In this document: positions 13,787-25,922 of the stretch, piece by piece
How positions within the stretch are numbered: the stretch's first letter is position 1
Layout of the letters: each line of letters opens with the position of its first letter
Origin: Vicugna vicugna
Lineage: Eukaryota
Direction of reading: 5' to 3'
DNA length: 64,000 bases
NCBI GenBank assembly: GCA_013265495.1
Contig: MU057880.1
Coordinates: 124,001 to 188,000, forward strand
Position numbers and translations under genes: made by a program
The notes under the pieces: model-generated
The model's input: only the letters and a program-made list of their open reading frames with translations
Told to the model about the DNA's origin: nothing
Databases searched by the model: none

Positions 13787-14306
13787 TGTTACAGAGAAGA
13801 ACCAACCTGAGTCCACATTAGACCTGTTCCTTTGGCTCTAACCCTGGGCTCTGTTTCCTGGGCTCCGTCATGCTGGTTCTGCACCTTTTGTAAAAGAATG
13901 TTGCCTAGAGCCTGAAATAGACAGGAGAGCCCATCCTCAAGGCTCTGACCTTTAAGGCTATAACACTTTCCCATTCACATAGAGATAAAAAGTTGCAGAG
14001 CAGAGAACAACATTTGTCTTGTTGGAGGTTTGCAGGAACATCATGACCTGACCTACATGGACAACTGCAAGAACAAAGGATTCCAACATTAAGAAATTTG
14101 CACCCATTAACCACACCCTCTCCTCTTTTTAGGATAAAAGGGGCCTGAATTCTTACTTGGGGAAGATGGTTCTCTAGGACGTTAGTCCCCCATCTTCTCG
14201 GTCTGCTGGCTTTCTGAATAAAGTCGCTATTCCTTGCCCCAACAACTAATCTCCTGATTTATTGGCCTCCCCTGGGGCGAGCAGAAGGAGTTTGGACTTG
14301 GTAACA
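13787..14306 (+). mobile_element. ERV1-type solo LTR
   Basis: TGTTAC...GTAACA termini, TSD TTTG on both sides, AATAAA near 14217. Confidence 0.93.
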
Positions 14307-14527
14307 TTTGTTTGCATAGCAACTCTGAATTAGGTTTGATTACACTCATTTTTAGAATAAGAAACCAAGTCTTGGGGTGACTATGCGACTATTTCCAGGT
14401 CATACATTTAGAAAATATAGGGTTAAAATCTGAAGCCAAGTCTGCCCATCTCAAAAGCCCACACTCTTTCCAATTCACCAGGCTCCTTCACGCAGACAAA
14501 CAATACCCATAAACGTGAGTTACTTAC

Positions 14528-14570
14528 CCTCTATTGATAAACGATATAGATCTTCATACAAACCAATTAC
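14528..14570 (-). pseudogene. Exon relic, 43 nt, phase 0-1, open: VIGLYEDLYRLSIE
   Basis: Acceptor gcattttttAG-type, consensus donor GG|gtaagt. Spliced to the next exon gives EDLYRLSIEDL, similar to recalled RGSL1 TDITKMSFEEL. Confidence 0.7.
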
Positions 14571-16580
14571 CTAAAAATGCATTACTGAACATTGTTACAG
14601 AACTAACCACTAGAGTTTGAGGCACTCAATAAAATGATGCATTTATTAAAGGCTTCAGTCTTGCTGAGTCTGTCCCTGTCACCCGATATAAATAACAGTC
14701 TGCAGCCAAATCTGAAACAGCTTGAAGGGAAAGAGTCTGCATTTACAGACGCCAGGTGCACTGCAGGAGCCAAGTCCAGGTACATGTTTCCGTTAGGCAA
14801 ACAGATCTCTGCCCTCTCCTCCAAGACAGGAACCAGCCAGGCACTTCACTTTTCCTTATGCTCCGGAAGAATACACGTAAGCAGCAAACTTGCTCAAATA
14901 GCACACTTTCCCGTCAAAGGCAGCACCCAATTAAAGAGCGATTTTATAGGATCAAGATTCTAGCTTAGTCCTTCTCAGATGCATCAATTTTACTGGTTTG
15001 TTTTAGGAAGGAGGTCGTCCTATCAATCCTGGGCTGGTGGTTAAACAGTCCTGGGTCTTTCCCGAGCATCCCCTGATCCAGACAGCCAGAGACCTGGATG
15101 AGGGGCAGGTTCCAGAGAAAGGCTCCTGCAGAAGGAGACAATGTTAGACTTCAAAGGGGACGCAGAGAGCATCCTCTTCAATACCATGATACTTCACAGG
15201 AGGAAGCAGAGGCTTAAAGAGGTTAGCGACGTGCCCAGGACCGTTGACATTTACGAGGCATAGTCAGCCCTCTGATTCCTCCGACTACATCAAGTCGCCT
15301 GTGAGAGCTCAGGGAAAGCCAAAGCCCAAAGCCCAAAGCCCAAACAGAGACGCTGGCCAGAGCCAGGGCAGTGAATCTAGCTGACCTCACCGACATCCAG
15401 GTCTACAGAAAGCGAAACTGATTTCTGTTAACACTCCGAAGGTGTTAAATAGTTCACCTGAGATTTTTACTTTCCAATTTACTTTCATCTATACAGAGTC
15501 TGCTTTTGGATTTTTTCCCTCTCCATTTGTTTGTTTTTCAATAAAGCAGATAGTTTTTCGGGTCCAGGTTCTGCACACCGGCATTTCTCAAGACTGCACA
15601 TCCCTAGGTGGTCTCTTGTCTTACAGAAGGGATCTTATAGAGAATATCAGTCTCTGAAGAATGAAAACTGCACCTCTGACCCAATAGGCAGCCCCACTGC
15701 TGCTTTTTAAAGTATTACACATTAATCTAACATGAAGAGTACAATTTCTGCTGAATCTATTCAAAATCAAGGGTAAGAAAATGAAGAGAATTATATCAAA
15801 TGGGGTATCTTATATTTTTCAAAAATGCCTGGATATTGAAACAGCTGAATTAACCACGTGTCTATTCTTTTTCCTCCAGCTTCATCTTCCATTACTCTCA
15901 AATAAACATACTGCATGACTGTGAACTATGTTCACTTTAAACGGATATATTCATCTTTCTTGAAAACGATTTAAAGATCTTCACATCCACCCCTACGCTC
16001 ATCCTGCATGTCCCATTTGGACTGTTCCATGTTCTTCCAAAGTCCACTCCACGTTCCCCATTTTTACCTCCACACTTATGCTCACCCCTGTCTGCCCTGA
16101 AAAGCCAAGATTTTAAACAGCCACCTCCAATCTAAATGTTAGTGAGCATAGGAAAGATGGCTTCTTTTTTACAGCCTTTCTCAAACTCTCAAACCATAGA
16201 AGCCTTTCCCTCCTTTCAACATCAGTAGCACTGATGACTTCTGTCACTTAATTGACACTCAGGAAATTCTACCTGAATTGAATAGATAAAGGGAACAGAG
16301 CCGACAGGATGTACTTTGGCCTTTTGATATTATTGACAGCCTCCTGGAGAGCGTCATTAATAGAGTTATTGCCTTTGGTGTAAACAGTGAGATGAGACAG
16401 CAACGCAGTCAAATGGAGCCAGAGGAGAAAAAGAAATTAAATGCCACTTGGTAAACAAGGAGGCTGTTTGTTTAGAGCAAAAGGTTTCAGGGGAGCCAGA
16501 AATCTGATCGTCATCTTAGGTTCCTCAGACATTGTCATCACCATACAATTAATCAACGTTGCTTAATAATTCTCAAATCT

Positions 16581-16670
16581 GGCGTGGGATACAGCTCAGG
16601 GGTAGAGTGTGTGCGTAGCGTGTGCAAAGTCCTGGGTTCAATCCCCAGTATCTCCATCAAAAATAAAAAT
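16581..16670 (+). mobile_element. Camelid-type tRNA-derived SINE
   Basis: GGATACAGCTCAGGGGTAGAG...GTCCTGGGTTCAATCCCCAGTA followed by an A-rich tail. Confidence 0.88.
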
Positions 16671-16744
16671 TTGTAAATTTTTTTAAAATAGTAATAATTT
16701 TCAAATCTAAACCCAAAACTCTTGCCCCACTGGTAACCACGGTA

Positions 16745-17420
16745 TTCATGCCATCATTCAAAACACATTTATTAAGCATCTTCTGTGTGCTGGATACTAT
16801 TCTAGGTGCTGGAGATACACGGTGAATTAAAAAAAAAAGAATTGTTGTCATATTGGAGCTTACATACTAATAAAAGGAAACAGATAGAAAGTAATCATAG
16901 CAAATTATAAAATATATGGAAGTAATTATTTCTAAGGAGAAAATGAATGAAACGAGGCTAGATGGTACCTACGGAGTTCAATTTTTCACTAGGATCACTG
17001 GGTAAGATCTCGGGGAGAAGGTAAAATCTCAGCAAATAAGTGAGGAAGGGGAGGGGAGGAAGGAGGAGGGAGAGCAAGCCAAGCAGATATCTGATGGAAA
17101 AGTAACCTATTCCAGACAAAAAGAAGAGAAAATACAAATGGTCTGAGCTGGGGCCAAGTCTGTCGGGTTTGAGAACCAGCATGAAAATCAGCGCAGCTGA
17201 GAAGTGATGAGCGTGGGAGAGGGGAAGTCAGGGGGGACACGGGTGCCGGGGGAGAGCCCACTAGGACGCTGGCTTGGACTCGAATAAAATAATGATCCGT
17301 GGGAAGACTGTGCGCTGAGGACTGATATGACCTGACTTATTCTCTGGGGAGAACGGACTGTAAAAAGGTTCCACATTCTGCTGTGAGAGGTAGGGTAATT
17401 CAGAACAATCTTCCTGCAGA
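16745..17420. mobile_element. L2 fragment
   Basis: cattcaaaacacatttattaagcatc...ctaggtgctggagatac...ggagcttacatacta, L2 3' end. Confidence 0.7.
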
Positions 17421-17919
17421 GAACTAGAGAAGCAGGATTGAAAAAAATCAGGAACCACTTTCCCCTTAGGGGGTGATATCTATTTAGCAAGAGATTTCTG
17501 AGAAGCTGAGACACTAAGCAGAGCTTTCAATAAATGCGGAGGACCAGGAGGCCAGAACCAAAGTTCAGAGCTGGAAGGGTGGGCTGGAGCTGGTAAATGC
17601 TCAACCAGTGGGCAAGGAAGGGGAAAAACACTAACTTTTATTAGACTTTCGTATGTAGAGGTTTCTCTTGTAATCAATAGAACAGCCACTAAAAGAATAG
17701 TGAAAGGTTATGAGACTACCAAACTGAATGAGGGAGAAAATGCAACATTAAAAAAAAATAGCTAATTCAAAATGTCAATAAAGGAGAGGTAAAGAAACAA
17801 AGCAGGGTGGATTGAAAAAAAATAGCAATACGGTAGGTCTAAACCCAAATGTGTTAGTAATCCATGTAATAATATCCATACATAGTACAGATTAAATACA
17901 AATCAAATTCTCTAACTTA

Positions 17920-18140
17920 AAAACAGATACAAAATACTATATATAAAATAGATAGACAGCAAGGTCCTTCTGTACAGCACAGGAAGTATATGCAATATCC
18001 TGTAATAAACCATAATGGAAAGGAATACATACATACATATACATATAAAACTGAATCACTATGCTGACACCAGAAACAAACATAACAATATAAGTCAACT
18101 ATACTTCAATAAAATATATATAAAAATAAAAAATAAAAAT
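17920..18140 (+). mobile_element. L1 3' end fragment nested in older L1 sequence (about 17640-19730)
   Basis: tatataaaatagatagacagcaaggtcc...agcacaggaa...caactatacttcaataaaa. Confidence 0.85.
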
Positions 18141-18272
18141 AAGACTGCCAGACTCAATTTTTTAAATGCAACAAAGTGCTGCTTAAAAGAGATACTTTTA
18201 AAATATAAGACTATAGACAGGTTGAAGTAAAGGTAGAAAATATATATATCATATTTTCTGGTTATTTATTTA

Positions 18273-18870
18273 TCACCTCTCAGTTCTAAAATATCCCTTT
18301 CTACATTCTACTCTGTGATCCCTGGGCTGGGATCCTGCAGACTGCATTTCCAGACTGCCAGATGGATTTCTGTTAGTTTTTCCAATAAGAGTCGCTAGAG
18401 AGAATTTGCAAAACCAAAGGAAGGGAAAAGGGCTTACTTCCCACACTCTTGTTTCCATTAGCAGGGATCAGTGTTAGACGGCCCAGAGTGGCAGGTCAGA
18501 ACTGCCAGCTTCCATTGACTCTCCCAGCACCAGCCTCCTCGGGGCCCCTGGTGGACAAGAAGGAGCCGGGAGACCTGGATCAGGGGTCCGAGCTACAGCT
18601 CCACTGGGCACTCAGCCCTGCCTGGAGTGGCACCAACGTTTCCCCAAGATCTCAGCAGCAACTCTACATGGCTCTTCCCATCACCTCAACTATTTACCTT
18701 TTGTTTCCCAAGCTACGAATAGCAGCTGCTTCCTACAATTATTATCTCTGGATTACTTCAGTATTCCTTTTAGCACTTAACTCTCTAAACTTACATAACG
18801 AACTCCCTTTATTAAATATCTTGCTTGAACTATCTAACTTTTTTTTTGTCTCCTTGAGTAGAAAACTGGT
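18273..18870 (+). mobile_element. Old ERVL-type LTR (LTR33/LTR16-like) nested in old L1
   Basis: Resembles eutherian ERVL LTR consensus from memory; attaaa signal near the 3' end; interrupts L1-like A-rich sequence. Confidence 0.5.
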
Positions 18871-18967
18871 ACATCATGAAAACAGTAACCAAAGGAAAGT
18901 ATGGGCACAACTCTGGTAATAGCAGATGAGGTACATTTACGTGAAAAAGCCATAGTAGAAGTGAAGA

Positions 18968-19521
18968 TGTTACTGGGAAAAGGGAAATAAATTTTCCCCT
19001 TGAAAAATTACCTTGAAAAAGAAAAAAAAAAAAGAATCACCTCGGTTCTTAGTCACCTGAAAAAAAAAAAAAGAATCTTTGATGAGAGACAAAAAGCATA
19101 TTATAAGCAAGATTTTTATTAGTGAAGCAAAAAAAAAATAGTGAAAGATAGTACACTCCTGAGAATTGAGAGCAAGCCGATCCAAGAGAAGAAAAATGGT
19201 GCCATTCCTTTGTTTTTCCTGTTTTGGTATCCTGGTTTCGTGACTGATTAATTGATTGATTGACAGCTCAGGTTCCCTGCACTCTGGCACACCCATCCCC
19301 TTTCGGCAGGTTCATTGTGTCAAGTTATACCAGGTCCCCCTCCCATGTGCAGCTGCAGTGCTTTGATTTTAACTGGCTTCTTTTACTGGCCCTCATTTAA
19401 AGAAAGTAAAAATTTCTGGAGTCCCTTTTTCACAATGCAGACACACTGCCATTTTCTGGGTTATTCCCTTCCCCTTTATATCCCCCTGCCTGGTGCTCAT
19501 TTCTGTCCAAACTACCTAACA
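18968..19521 (-). mobile_element. Solo LTR (ERV1-like) nested in old L1
   Basis: TGTTA...TAACA termini, 4-bp TSD AAGA (18964-18967 / 19522-19525), AATAAA on the minus strand. Confidence 0.8.
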
Positions 19522-20004
19522 AAGAGATATTTTATAATGGCAATGCACTACTAAAATATGAGGATTCTAAATATGTATATACCTAATAACTTGTCCTCAA
19601 AACTTATAAAGCAAAAAAAGAGATAGGGAAAGAGCCAGGCAAATCCATAATTATAGTGGTAGTTTTAAAACAAACCCCTTTTAGAAACTGAATGAATAAT
19701 CAGACAAGAAATAATTAAATATCAAAATGAGTAACAGGAGACCCTAGTGGTGGAAGGGGAGGTAATGGCGGGAGAACGGAGTTGGAGTCCTTCACAGTGT
19801 CTAAACAAGAGCTGGTAAAGGAGAGTTTTGGGGCTGTAGCTACTGGAGGTTAAAGAAAGTGGTTGGATTCTTGATCTATTTTGAAGGTTAAGTCAGCAAG
19901 ATTTCCTGACGTTGGATGTAGGCTGCTAGAGAAAGAAAGGGGCTGAGATAACCCCCACACAATGAAAGGATGGAATTGCCATTAGCTGCTATGTGAGAGA
20001 ATTT

Positions 20005-20173
20005 GTTTTTTTGGCTTTGTTTTTAATTTATTTTTTATTGTATTATTTAATTACTTTATTTTGGGGGGATAGGTAATTATGGTTGTTTATTTTTGGAGGA
20101 GGTACTGGGGATTGAACCCAGGACCTCCTGAGTGCTAAGCGTGTGCTCTATCACTTGAGCTATATCCTTCCCC
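20005..20173 (-). mobile_element. Camelid-type tRNA-derived SINE
   Basis: ggtactggggattgaacccaggacctc...ctctatcacttgagctatatccttcccc, preceded by a T-rich tail. Confidence 0.9.
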
Positions 20174-21205
20174 TGCAATGTGGGAGACTTTGTGATAGTG
20201 GGTTTGGGAGAGAGGATGGGCGTTCAGTTTGGACATTTGAGTTTGAAATGTCTTTGGTTTCTGTACATACGACTTTCCCATTCCTAAGTCATTTACTCCC
20301 TTCACTTCAACACAGAGCGCACTGCTCTAGGGACTGTCCCGGTTCGGTCCCTGCTCCCCAACTCAGTCCCATTTCTCACCCTCCTCACCCCTCACTCCTA
20401 ATGTTTTTGCCACCTGAACTAGTTGCAGCCCTGCAGAGTCCTTCTTACGTCCAGGCCTTTTACACATCACTCCTTTTACTTGGAATATCTTCTCTACTTT
20501 GCCTACACATGTGGATTCATCTTTCAGCCAAATAATCACGTGCTCCAAGAGTCTCTGCTGAAGACCAAGCCCAGGTCGCAGGCTGCCTTTTATCCTCTAC
20601 TGTCATCCTTTCCCTTGCCACTGCTGAACCACTTACCATAATATGTGGTAATTGGTTATTTATGTCTCTGATTCACCCACTACACCAAAAGCACCCTCAG
20701 AGCAAGCAGTAAGACCTATCTGCGCACCTGAGGCAAAGGGGCCTGACACATTCCCTAGTGCTGAGAAAAGCCTGATAAATAGATAAACTCTCTATTTCAG
20801 GCACAAAATCACTAACTGAGAAGACATATGGCCCCTCCAAGACTGGACCATGTGGCTTTCAAAATCTCTGTGTGTGTATCCCAGAAATTCAATTTTGAGG
20901 TAGAAAGCTATCCCATAATAATTGAAGAAAAATGGAGAAAACAGTCTTTGAGGTTTTTCAGCGTGATCCCACTGAAAGCCCAGGATACATACGAGCTTCT
21001 GGACTGAGGACGCCTGGTACTAACACTGTCCCTCCACGTGTGAATTCCTAGCAACTCCTACTGAAAATATGCAACAGAACGCCTTTCGCCTCCTTCGGTT
21101 TAAGGCATGTGTGATGTGTGCTTCGCAAGCATATGAAAATCAGTACCCTAAGGATGAATCACATTGTCAGAAGCTTTTCTCCGACAGAGAACGAAAAGAT
21201 CTCAC

Positions 21206-21446
21206 TGGGGTTTGGAAAATAAGGCTGACTTCCTTGACGCTGCCCCCGTGGCACAGCACTTCAGAGATGCGTGCTGCTTCCAGATTTTAAGACACAGTGA
21301 CCATCTCTTTCTGGCAAGTGCTTCAGATCTTCCCATCTGACCACAGACTCGTTTCATCTTTCCCAGGTAAAGTCTGCCAGCTAGACTGCGTCTAGCCAGC
21401 CAATTTTTCTCAGATTCAGAGAAGCCATGGCTACCTCCTTCCTTAG
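21206..21446 (-). pseudogene. Exon relic, 241 nt, mutated acceptor, one net frameshift: ...GFSESEKNWL...KRVCGQMGRSEALA...KIWKQ / ISEVLCHGGSVKEVSLIFQTP
   Basis: Pyrimidine tract tcctttttcac followed by GG instead of AG; donor CCA|gtgaga. KR-x7-SEALA and GGSV match recalled RGSL1 KR-x7-SQALA and GGSL. Confidence 0.65.
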
Positions 21447-21823
21447 CCGTGAAAAAGGATAAATCTAAAAACAAACATGCAAACTTGAGTAGACACCGAA
21501 GGAAGGAGCTTTCACATCGAAGAGTCTTAGATTTGGAAGAAACCTTGAAATAAACCTTGAAGAAGAGCTTTTAATTTCCAGGAAAAAACACTTCTTTCAA
21601 AGCTAGCACATTAATTTTTTTCATCTAATTCATAACCCTAATGATGTATACACAGGGGAAAAATAACACATTTTACTTGGAAAGTCAACATAAACCTCCT
21701 GTTCTGAAAAGCATATGTAGCTATGCTTCAAACCTATTTTGTGTTTTTTTAATGTGCATAATTTTAAAAGCAGGTGAATGGCTTGTACCAGTCCAGTTCC
21801 CGGGTGCTTTTTGTCATACTCAC

Positions 21824-22290
21824 CATTTCAGGTAAGAATCACACATCTGGAAAAGACTCCCAGATACTAAACAATTTTATGGTGACAGGGGAAAAGGCAT
21901 GAGAAGGGATAAATCTGGGAGTTTGAGATTTGCAAATATTAACTACTAGATAAAAAAATAGATTTTAAAAAACAAATTTCTTCTGTATAACACAGGGAAC
22001 TATATTCAACGTCTTGTAATAACTTTTAATGAAAAAGAATATGAATATATGTATGTATATGCATGACTGGGACATGATGCTGTACACCAGAAATTCACAC
22101 ATTGTAACTGACTACAATTAAAAATAATTATACATCTGGGACAGGAGTTCTTGCTCACTTTATATGAAACATCTCCAAAATCCAACGTTCCTCTGATGCT
22201 GGTCTTCAGCTCTGTGTTAGAACTCCCCACGGGAGGGAAAGAGGCAGGACCAAAATAAGTCCTAATTGAAGAAATCTATCTCACAAGAAT
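21824..22290 (-). pseudogene. Exon relic split by an L1 insertion; reconstructed 178 nt, phase 0-1: ILVR*ISSIRTYFGPASFPPVGSSNTELKTSIRGTLDFGDVSYKVSKNSCPRCVILT*N
   Basis: Acceptor cttttcttcatgttacAG (22291-22292), donor ATG|gtgagt (21819-21823). Removing the insert and one TSD restores a continuous frame. IRGTLDFGDVSYKVSKNSCPRCVIL aligns without gaps to recalled RGSL1 LKELLPSGDVIPWIPKAQKEICKML. Confidence 0.75.
21851..22122 (+). mobile_element. 5'-truncated L1 3' end inserted in a pseudogene exon
   Basis: L1 3' UTR motifs (gggagtttgagatttgc...acagggaactatattcaa...tgtaactgactac). 17-bp TSD aagaatcacacatctgg (21834-21850) / aataattatacatctgg (22123-22139). Confidence 0.92.
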
Positions 22291-24329
22291 CTGTAACATG
22301 AAGAAAAGCAGGTGTGTTGCTAAGCAAAGTATTTTTTCCTCCTGCCCTATTTATGCCCTTTTCAGACGTCTCGTTTATGAGTCCAAAGCAGCTGTCACTG
22401 CACTATTCTGTCAGCCAGAACTATTTTACTTATTCTCTCCCTTCTCCTCAGAGATCTATATGTTGATTTTTTTTCCCTCCCTAACATCCTAGAAGCATAA
22501 TACTGATCTTTAACACTTAATTGGAACATAAAGATCTTTCATTTTATATACCGGTAATTTCAGCAATATATGCTTATCCAAAGAAGAGACGTTCAGTAAA
22601 AGATATAAAGTCATGAAAGAGAGGGAGAGTGTGGGCTTTAACCATTAAAACGTGTACAAAGGCAAAAAGGACAGGGGCAGAAATGTATTCATGTTTGCCC
22701 TCATGAACCTTTTTAGAAGAACCTGGAGGAAGAAGAATGCGCAAGGAACAGTCAGGAAATAGAGACGGACTGTCTGCTTCCCTTGATGTGGACAGAGAAT
22801 TCGCTCTCTTCACATTAGCCTAGATCAGATTTCCCTCCCATGTTTAAAAAAAATTTTATCCTTCAAGATATTTTTAACAAATGCCTACAAGAAATTGTTT
22901 GGCTGCTATCTATTTTCTGCAACAAGGTGATTACACATATTATAAAATAAATGGTAGAAGTGAATTTGTAAATTACATCCAGACATTTTTGTCTGTGCCG
23001 TTTTTAATCAAGATTCATATTCCATTAGGAAAAGCTGTAGAAGTATATGAAAAGAATGCTACACCCCAGAGTTCTTGTCATTTCTGGTATTTCCGTCAAA
23101 GGCAAAACTTATTAGAATTACAAAACGATCGTATGCAAAAATCATTTTAAATCTATCCAGAAAAAAAAAATCTTGGTTACTGAACCCAAAAGTGACTTGC
23201 CTGTGTTCTGAATTAAACATTTCAGGCAAGTCGTACAGGGCTTGTTAAAGCAAGACGTGATCACATCTGTCATTTTTATTATGCCAAGTACAGCAAAGAT
23301 GTGTAGGTCAGTCGTAGGAGCGTTTGCCTTATATTTTCTGGAAAGGGGAAACCTCTTAACTGAACCCTACACTTAATCATCCCCAAATCCCAAGCTCTAT
23401 CCCCTGATCCTTCTTTCAATTTAAAATTAAATTCATTTTCTGGTGTTCTGTGTCAGTTTGCTGCAGGCTTGACTTAGAGATTTATGAACAGCGTTTCCTG
23501 TTTGGTCGCTGACCACTCCAGCGCTTCTGGGTGATCTGCACGAGGCAGCAGGTATGTTGGGAAGCGGGCGATTAGAGGATGGATTGGAGAACGATTTCAT
23601 GCAGCAAAACACAGCCCCCTCAAACAAAGCCAAAACGAGTATTCTGAGGATAAAATAACCTCCTGGATTCAAGAAGTGCATTTGATGTGCAAATGCAAGG
23701 ATGTCTGAAACGTACGCTGCTCCCCGTCTGCTTCTGGACATAGCGCCCCTACTCTGCAGAGATGAAACTTGACAGTGGTGATGTAAATAGTGAGTCCACC
23801 CTTGTTGGTTTCTTTCTTTCGGACAACATTCGAGCTGACTTTTGCTAAAAGTGGACTGTTTTCTCAGTTGGAAGTTAGTGTCCAGAATCATGGTAGCATC
23901 CGCCATGAAAGCCCCCTGATATTTGCTACATTAAAAGAATGGGGGGATACAGCTAGCTTTGGAAGGAAACAGGTCTGTGTCTCACTGTAGAAAGCTGACC
24001 AACAGCCTGCAACACCCAGTAGGAATTAGTTACTCCTGGTCCCCGAAGTTCAACAATGTCTGACATTTCCAACATTGCTGATAACGCTCCCTTGGCACCT
24101 GGAACTGACACTTCTCTGTCTCCTGCCATTTTAGTTCCCCTCCTCTCTCACACTCCAACTGTTCAACCCCTGTAGGAGTGTTTCCCAAGGTGTCACCCAC
24201 TTGCATAAGACATGCCAGGTGCCAATCAGAATCCCTGGAAGGAGACTATGGAAATGTGTATCCTCCTGTGCTTAGGAAGTGCAGCTTCCACCCACGAGAA
24301 AGGATCTCTGCTTTAAAAGTTCCTGTGCT

Positions 24330-24650
24330 GACAAAGGAAACAAGCCTATGGTTACCAGCAGGGGAAGGGGATGGGAAGGGATAAATTGGGAGTTTGAGAT
24401 TTGCAACTCAAACTATCTTATTTATTTTATATATAGCAGATATATATAAAATAGATAAACAAGTTTCTTCTGTACAGCACAGGGAACTATATTCAATACC
24501 TTATAGCAACCTGTAATGAAAAAGAATATGAAAAGGAATATATGTATGTAAATGTACGATTGATACATTACACTGTACACCTGAAATTGACACATTGTAA
24601 GTGACTATAATTCAGGAAAAATAAAGAAGTACAATAATAAAATTAAATTA
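24330..24650 (+). mobile_element. L1 3' end fragment
   Basis: Same 3' UTR family. TSD aaagttcctgtgct / aaatttcttgtgct. Confidence 0.9.
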
Positions 24651-25896
24651 AAAATTTCTTGTGCTCCGTGTTTCATGTTTCATCTCTCTCTACTCACTCC
24701 TTGGACAATTGCATGCATGATGTTTGTTCCAGCTACCACTTACATATGTATGAATCACAGATCTTTCTCCCCAGCCCAGAATACTCTCCTGGTCTTTCAG
24801 TTCACTTTATTAACATTCTACTAGACACCTCCACTCAGATGTCCCATTGGAATCAGAATCACCTAAAACACACAAAGACACACAAACTTCAGTTCATAAT
24901 TCACAACAGTTCATAATTCAGATGCCAGCAGGGATACCTGCCCATCTGATCTATTCAGAAACTTTGGAATATCTCTAGCTGATTCTTCACTATGTTCAAT
25001 TATGTATCAAGTTCAAGTAACGCTATCTTTTAACAGTCTGTACTTTGTTCAGGACTACACGGATACTCATGTGAATTACTGCCATACCCTTCCAACTGGT
25101 CCCCCAGCTTTTAGCAAGAGACATCACAACGCTGTAGGAGAAGCAGCTGTCACTTGCTCTTGGACCGCCCCTGGGTAAGTGATTTAGTTTTCTTCCTCCT
25201 AGAGCAATACTATGAAAGTAGTCAAACAGGTAAAGCCCCTAGCACTCTACCTGGAAAGAACAAAGATGAAATACTTGTTATTTCAACTTCTTCAGAGTAG
25301 GGAAGACTTCACACTGTTTTCATAATGATTCTTCTAAAACGCACATCTTGCTTTACACAATTCACAGAGAGCCGTGCCATCACTTGCTTATGAGCGTCTA
25401 GGACTGTCCAAAAGAAGATAAAGATTCTTAGCCTGGCATTCAAAGCCCTCCTCCTGCCATCTTCCCCTCTGGCTTCCATGATCTGTCTTTCCACCAATTC
25501 TTTTGCAACTGCCATCACTCACCTAAGAATTAGTTCAATCCCGCAAACCCAATTTACTCCTGCATAGTGAGGCTATCTTTGTTGTCCATTGCGCCCCACC
25601 AGCCACTGAGAAGAGTGAGCTCCAGCTCCTATAAGAAGGGACACATCTTTGTAATTAATCCCCAGGAATGATCTGCCCTGGATAAAAACGTAGTGGAACA
25701 CACGGGGCTGGTTTCACACACGATTTTCAAACTTTTTCCCAGTGCCATGTGCCGGAGAGCAGTCTGAATTCACAGCCAAGTTTTCTAAGCCTTTTAGCAC
25801 ATGTTTGATGACAAAATATGTCACCAGGACCTCAACTTTCATCAGAGATCAGTCTATTCATCTCACTCAGACCAGGACTTAGAAATAAAACCTTAC

Positions 25897-25922
25897 TTTT
25901 CTGCACCGTGCACTCCTTGCTC
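25897..25922 (-). pseudogene. Micro-exon relic, 26 nt (phase 1-0 gives ARSARCRK)
   Basis: Long pyrimidine tract ttcttttctatctttggtctttatatgactAG, donor AA|gtaagg. Phase fits the 22290 exon. Confidence 0.55.

Noticed and set aside
18449..18919. 156-aa plus-strand ORF
   Set aside because: Lies within an old LTR-like repeat; no recognisable protein.
21774..21831. Plus-strand exon-like block (cag|gtgaatgg...ttcag|gtaaga)
   Set aside because: Poor pyrimidine tract, no partner plus-strand exons found, and it overlaps the better-supported minus-strand donor.
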